A stretch of 64,000 bases of DNA from Lama glama (lineage: Eukaryota): positions 1,054,001 through 1,118,000 of the forward strand of contig CM052829.1 in the NCBI GenBank assembly GCA_028534125.1, written 5' to 3'. Under the pieces are notes generated by a model. The model was not told the origin of the DNA, did not search any database, and saw only the letters and a program-made list of their open reading frames with translations. The first letter of the stretch is position 1, and each line of letters opens with the position of its first letter. The translations under genes were made by a program, and so were the position numbers. Of the stretch, positions 60,201-64,000 are shown piece by piece.

Positions 60201-63200
60201 CGGTAGGCAGGCGGCACGGCCCCGGCCTCGCGCGCTCGGCCCAGCTGCTCATCGGAGCAGGCTGGCCCTCGGCCCGGGCACAGGGCCTCCCGGGGGCCTG
60301 GGTCACAGCCGATGCCTTAGACTGGCTAGCGGGCGTCCTGCAGCGCCTAGGGAGCACCCTTGTGGTAAAACGCAAGCTTGTCAGCAGGAACGACTGACTG
60401 CAGCAGATCTGCTCGTCTGGTTCCTTCTTTTCCCTTTTTCTCTCAAACGCAGGTCGAAACCTTTTCAGGGCTGCTACCTCAACCACATCTCGCAGCTCTC
60501 CTCGGCATCTTAGCCAACACCCCCTTCCTCCGCGGCCCCTGGCACACTCCCCGTCAGAGGGAGGGCGGCCACTTCCTCATCAGGTATCGGGGAAGACATC
60601 AGACGATGACCGGTGTGGACCCATGTTAGCCAGCATCGACGCACAGCTGCGGCCTGAGCATCGCACCGGGAGAGGAGGGGGGTGCCGGGCAGGGAGACGG
60701 GAGGGGATCCCACTGGTCGACTGGGTGACGACGGGGGGAAAACTGCTGAGGGACGAGGCCACTAGTTAATCTAGCTCTAAAGCACCCACGGGGGGCGGCC
60801 TACAGTCTTCAACTGCCTGGCTCATTTCAGATGTATAGAAAACTAGCGTAGGTGAGACACATGTTAAAGCGAAACAGAAAATCAAACACCTTCCTCTGAT
60901 TTTCTCACATCCCTCTGAGGGGTTTTGTGCGTGTGTGCACCTGCGCACTTAGTCACTCCACCATAATCATCTACTTCTCTGTTCATAGCTTTAACTCTCT
61001 AAATTTGGAAGTCAACCAATGGGGAACAAATTTCTCTAAATTTTGACCAGGTATGTGTCACATGTCTGTCAAAGAACTGTGGCATGGCATCTTAGGATTC
61101 CCTGTGAGGAGGCAGCAGAGGGGCGGTTGGATGGGGGAGGTAGGAAAGCAGGAGGTGACATTCAGGGGGTGAGACGCAGGAGGTGAGACTCGGGAGGTGA
61201 CGTAGGACGGGGGATGCAGGCGTCCACTCTCCCATGGCCCAAGGCCGTGACTTCTGGGCTGAGCGGAAGCCTGGAAGGGCCGTACTTTTCCAGACTTGGT
61301 CAGAACTTTAGTGGAGGAACTGGACACCCAAAGGCCTGTGTAGTGTCTTTGGTGAAAAATATGAGAGAGAGGAACTTGGGTGGATTGAAAATTCTCCTTG
61401 CAGCCTGAAATCTCTGAGGATCAAAGTTTTATGGCAGCAAAGCCAGGATTTTAAACACACATATAAGACCAGGCCTTCTCCCAAAATTTTCAGAATTTAT
61501 CAGAAATTTTCAGGGAAGGCTAGTTTGTGCTCTTTCCCCAGAGGAATATGAATACATTTTCCCCCAGAAACGAGACCCACCATTTGCTGCTTTCAAGGCT
61601 TGTGAGAAGCGGCCAGGAAGTTACAGCTGCTCCTCTAGAAACAGAAGGAGGGTGCTGATGACTGCGTCTTGCCGAAGGATGAAACGCACTCTTGCCTGAA
61701 GACTAACAGAACCTTACGGTCGATAACTCTATGCGAACCTCAGGCACCAGGATATTAAGCCCCTTAATTTCACGTACACTATTTCAAGCTACAAACAAGC
61801 AGCTAAGTGGTTTGCAATTTTTTTCTTAATCACCTTTACCTGAAAGTAAGTGTCAATCACAGGCTGCTCGTGCGCTTTGCTCTCTCCCCACGTGTTGCTG
61901 GGGCGCCTGGGACGGGGCCCAGGCGCAAACCACGTTCCTCCCGGACCCCGGATGTCACCTGGGTCCACACGTGCAGATAAAGCGGGTTAGTGCCCTGGTG
62001 GGAGGCCCTCCTCGTGCGGGCGAGGAGGCGAAGTGAGGCATCAAATAAAACCATTCGCGGGGCTGAGCGTTTACAGAAAAGGGAAATAAAACTGCAGCCA
62101 TTCTCAGTCTTACCGCGTGAAGCACCACCATCCGGGGAGAAAAGAAGGCAAACATCCACAGCCGCCGAGCCGCCACTAAGCCGGGGCTGGGGAGGCCCCG
62201 CGAGGAGTGCGGGGTGGGGGGGCTGAGGGGAGCGTGCAGCGGGGGGCCCCCCAGGGGAGCACGCAGCAGGGGACTGCAGCCTAGGAGCTGGTGGCCACAC
62301 CCTCCGCCCTTGGCACCCACACCCCTGAAACTGAGATGCCTGCTCCTGACCCTGCCACCTGCCAGCAAGCAGCGCAACCCCACCGCCACCCCCAGCCAGA
62401 CACAGGGCTCCTTCCGAGTCCAAAAGCCCTCGATGAAATGTTGAGCCGTGTGCCGTCTCCCGAGCGCTGACTGTCCTCAGTCACGTCCAACACGCCCATC
62501 CCAGCTGGGGCCCGCGCTCCCCGCCTGGGGCCCGGGGCGCGCAGGGAGGTCCTCACACCTGGGGTTTGTGCGAAGTCCACTAACGTGCACCTTCCAGGCC
62601 CCACACTTCCACTCACACAGCCACATAGAAAGTGATATGCTTTCTCTCATATCACCTGGGGACTCGGGCCCCGGAGCCGCTTCCCTCGGGCGCGCGGTGA
62701 GCTGGGGCTGCGCGGGCCTCCCTCTGCTCTCCGCGTGGACGCGGGACGGCGGGGCCGCGGGGGGAGGACAGCGCCCAGGGGAGGGGCTCTGACCACCGCA
62801 CACCGGTCCCCGGAAAGTCGCAGCCACCGTGCCCAAGGACTGTGCGTGTTCACATAAAACAACAGAAAGCTGGGTTCCTGCACCGGGTGTGGAAGCACCC
62901 CTCCTGGTTTTGGCCCCGCATGCTTGTTTATTCACTGCCCAGCCCCCCCCCCCCAAGTGGACCAGCAGTGCAGGCTTGCGTTTCTGGGCATGTTCCTGGA
63001 ATATTTCCTGAGACAATGGGCCACCTTCCTGCAGGACTAAACCAGGGCTGTCCCTGTAAGTGCCGACTACCAAGTGTTTCAGGTCTGTGAAAACAAAATA
63101 GCAACACTGTTCCCACCCCAGCCCCAGTGGTAACCGCCCCTCGGCCGCTGCGTGGGGGACACGGGCACATGCACTGCCCAGGCCCCTGCAGTGGAGGGGC

Positions 63201-64000
63201 CGCATCTGTGCCCTGACCGGTGGGATGTATCCCAGCGGGATGTCTGATGGACTCTCAGCTGTGTAGCGAGACACAGCCGGGTACAGGGACCCAGAGGTGC
63301 AGGGAGTTCTCCTCTGTCTCAAGAACTCGGTGTGAAAATCCCACAGCCCAGCGTCGGGGCCCAGCGCACACCCACTGCGCAGGCCTGGAGAACGGACTTG
63401 GTCCAGGTGCCCACACACAGCAAGGCTGCTTTCTCTCCTTTCCTCCCCTCAGGTGTAATTTAAGGAACGCTTTCCGTTGAAACAGAGAAATCTTTCTTTC
63501 CAAACTCCTGGTTCGTTCACTTTTACTTTCGACAGTTTGCTCGGACAGTCTCTTGTCAGTGCAATGAGGAATTCCAGAAAGAACACCGGCTTAACAACAA
63601 GATAGACGGCCCATATATTCAAACCACAGACCAGAAAAAACCCATTCGTCTCTGTCAAAAAAAATAAGCTTGCACTCCACGATGTGCTTGTAAATTATAT
63701 TTTATAGCAGCCATGACCTTGGTTTGATTTCAAGTGAGGTTGGATTTTACTAAACTCTTAAAAGATGAAGAGTGAGCAAGCGTTTTCGGACCATCCCACA
63801 ACGTCTAGGGGACCCTGACTTCTGCAGCTTCCTAGCGGCAGTCAGCATGCGACTCACGGCAGGTGCGCGGGCCCCGGGGTGGGTGTGGCGGGGGAGCTCC
63901 GGGCTTGGCCGCTCCGTCGAGTCAGCAGAGGCTCCCGGCTTGCCCGGCCTTCACCGTCTGTTTTCCTTCCTTGTTCATCCGGCTGGGTCAGACCCCCCCA

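Noticed and set aside
57228-64000. Additional upstream SMOC2 exons (thyroglobulin domain, ...LYKGRQLQ)
   Set aside because: No matching peptide found in this interval. It appears to be part of a long intron continuing past the window.

Overview
Mammalian genomic DNA, most likely a camelid, judged from three tRNA-derived SINEs of the Vic-1 type. It is very GC- and CpG-rich, as expected of subtelomeric sequence. The only protein-coding gene I can identify firmly is SMOC2 on the minus strand. Its last four coding exons (57128-57227, 54801-55075, 49259-49296, 47118-47135) splice in phase through GT-AG introns, encode the EF-hand extracellular calcium-binding (EC) domain and the C-terminus ...PRKQG*, and are followed by a ~1.5 kb 3'UTR with AATAAA at 45651-45656. 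The upstream SMOC2 exons lie beyond the right edge. The other ~45 kb lies downstream of SMOC2 and holds old LTR (MLT1/MLT2), MIR, L2 and L1 fragments, a 192-N gap inside an L1, tandem repeats and CpG islands without an obvious gene. The best lead for something undescribed is a cluster of minus-strand splice-site-bounded segments at ~18-31 kb. It includes a phase-consistent 7-exon open chain of ~199 codons and several 15-nt micro-exon candidates, and could be an unannotated gene, a decaying pseudogene or a spliced lncRNA. It was assembled by eye and needs RNA-seq or homology testing. Most long ORFs in the supplied track are GC-content artefacts. No prokaryotic or CRISPR features were seen. Repeat family names are from recalled consensus sequences, not a database search.
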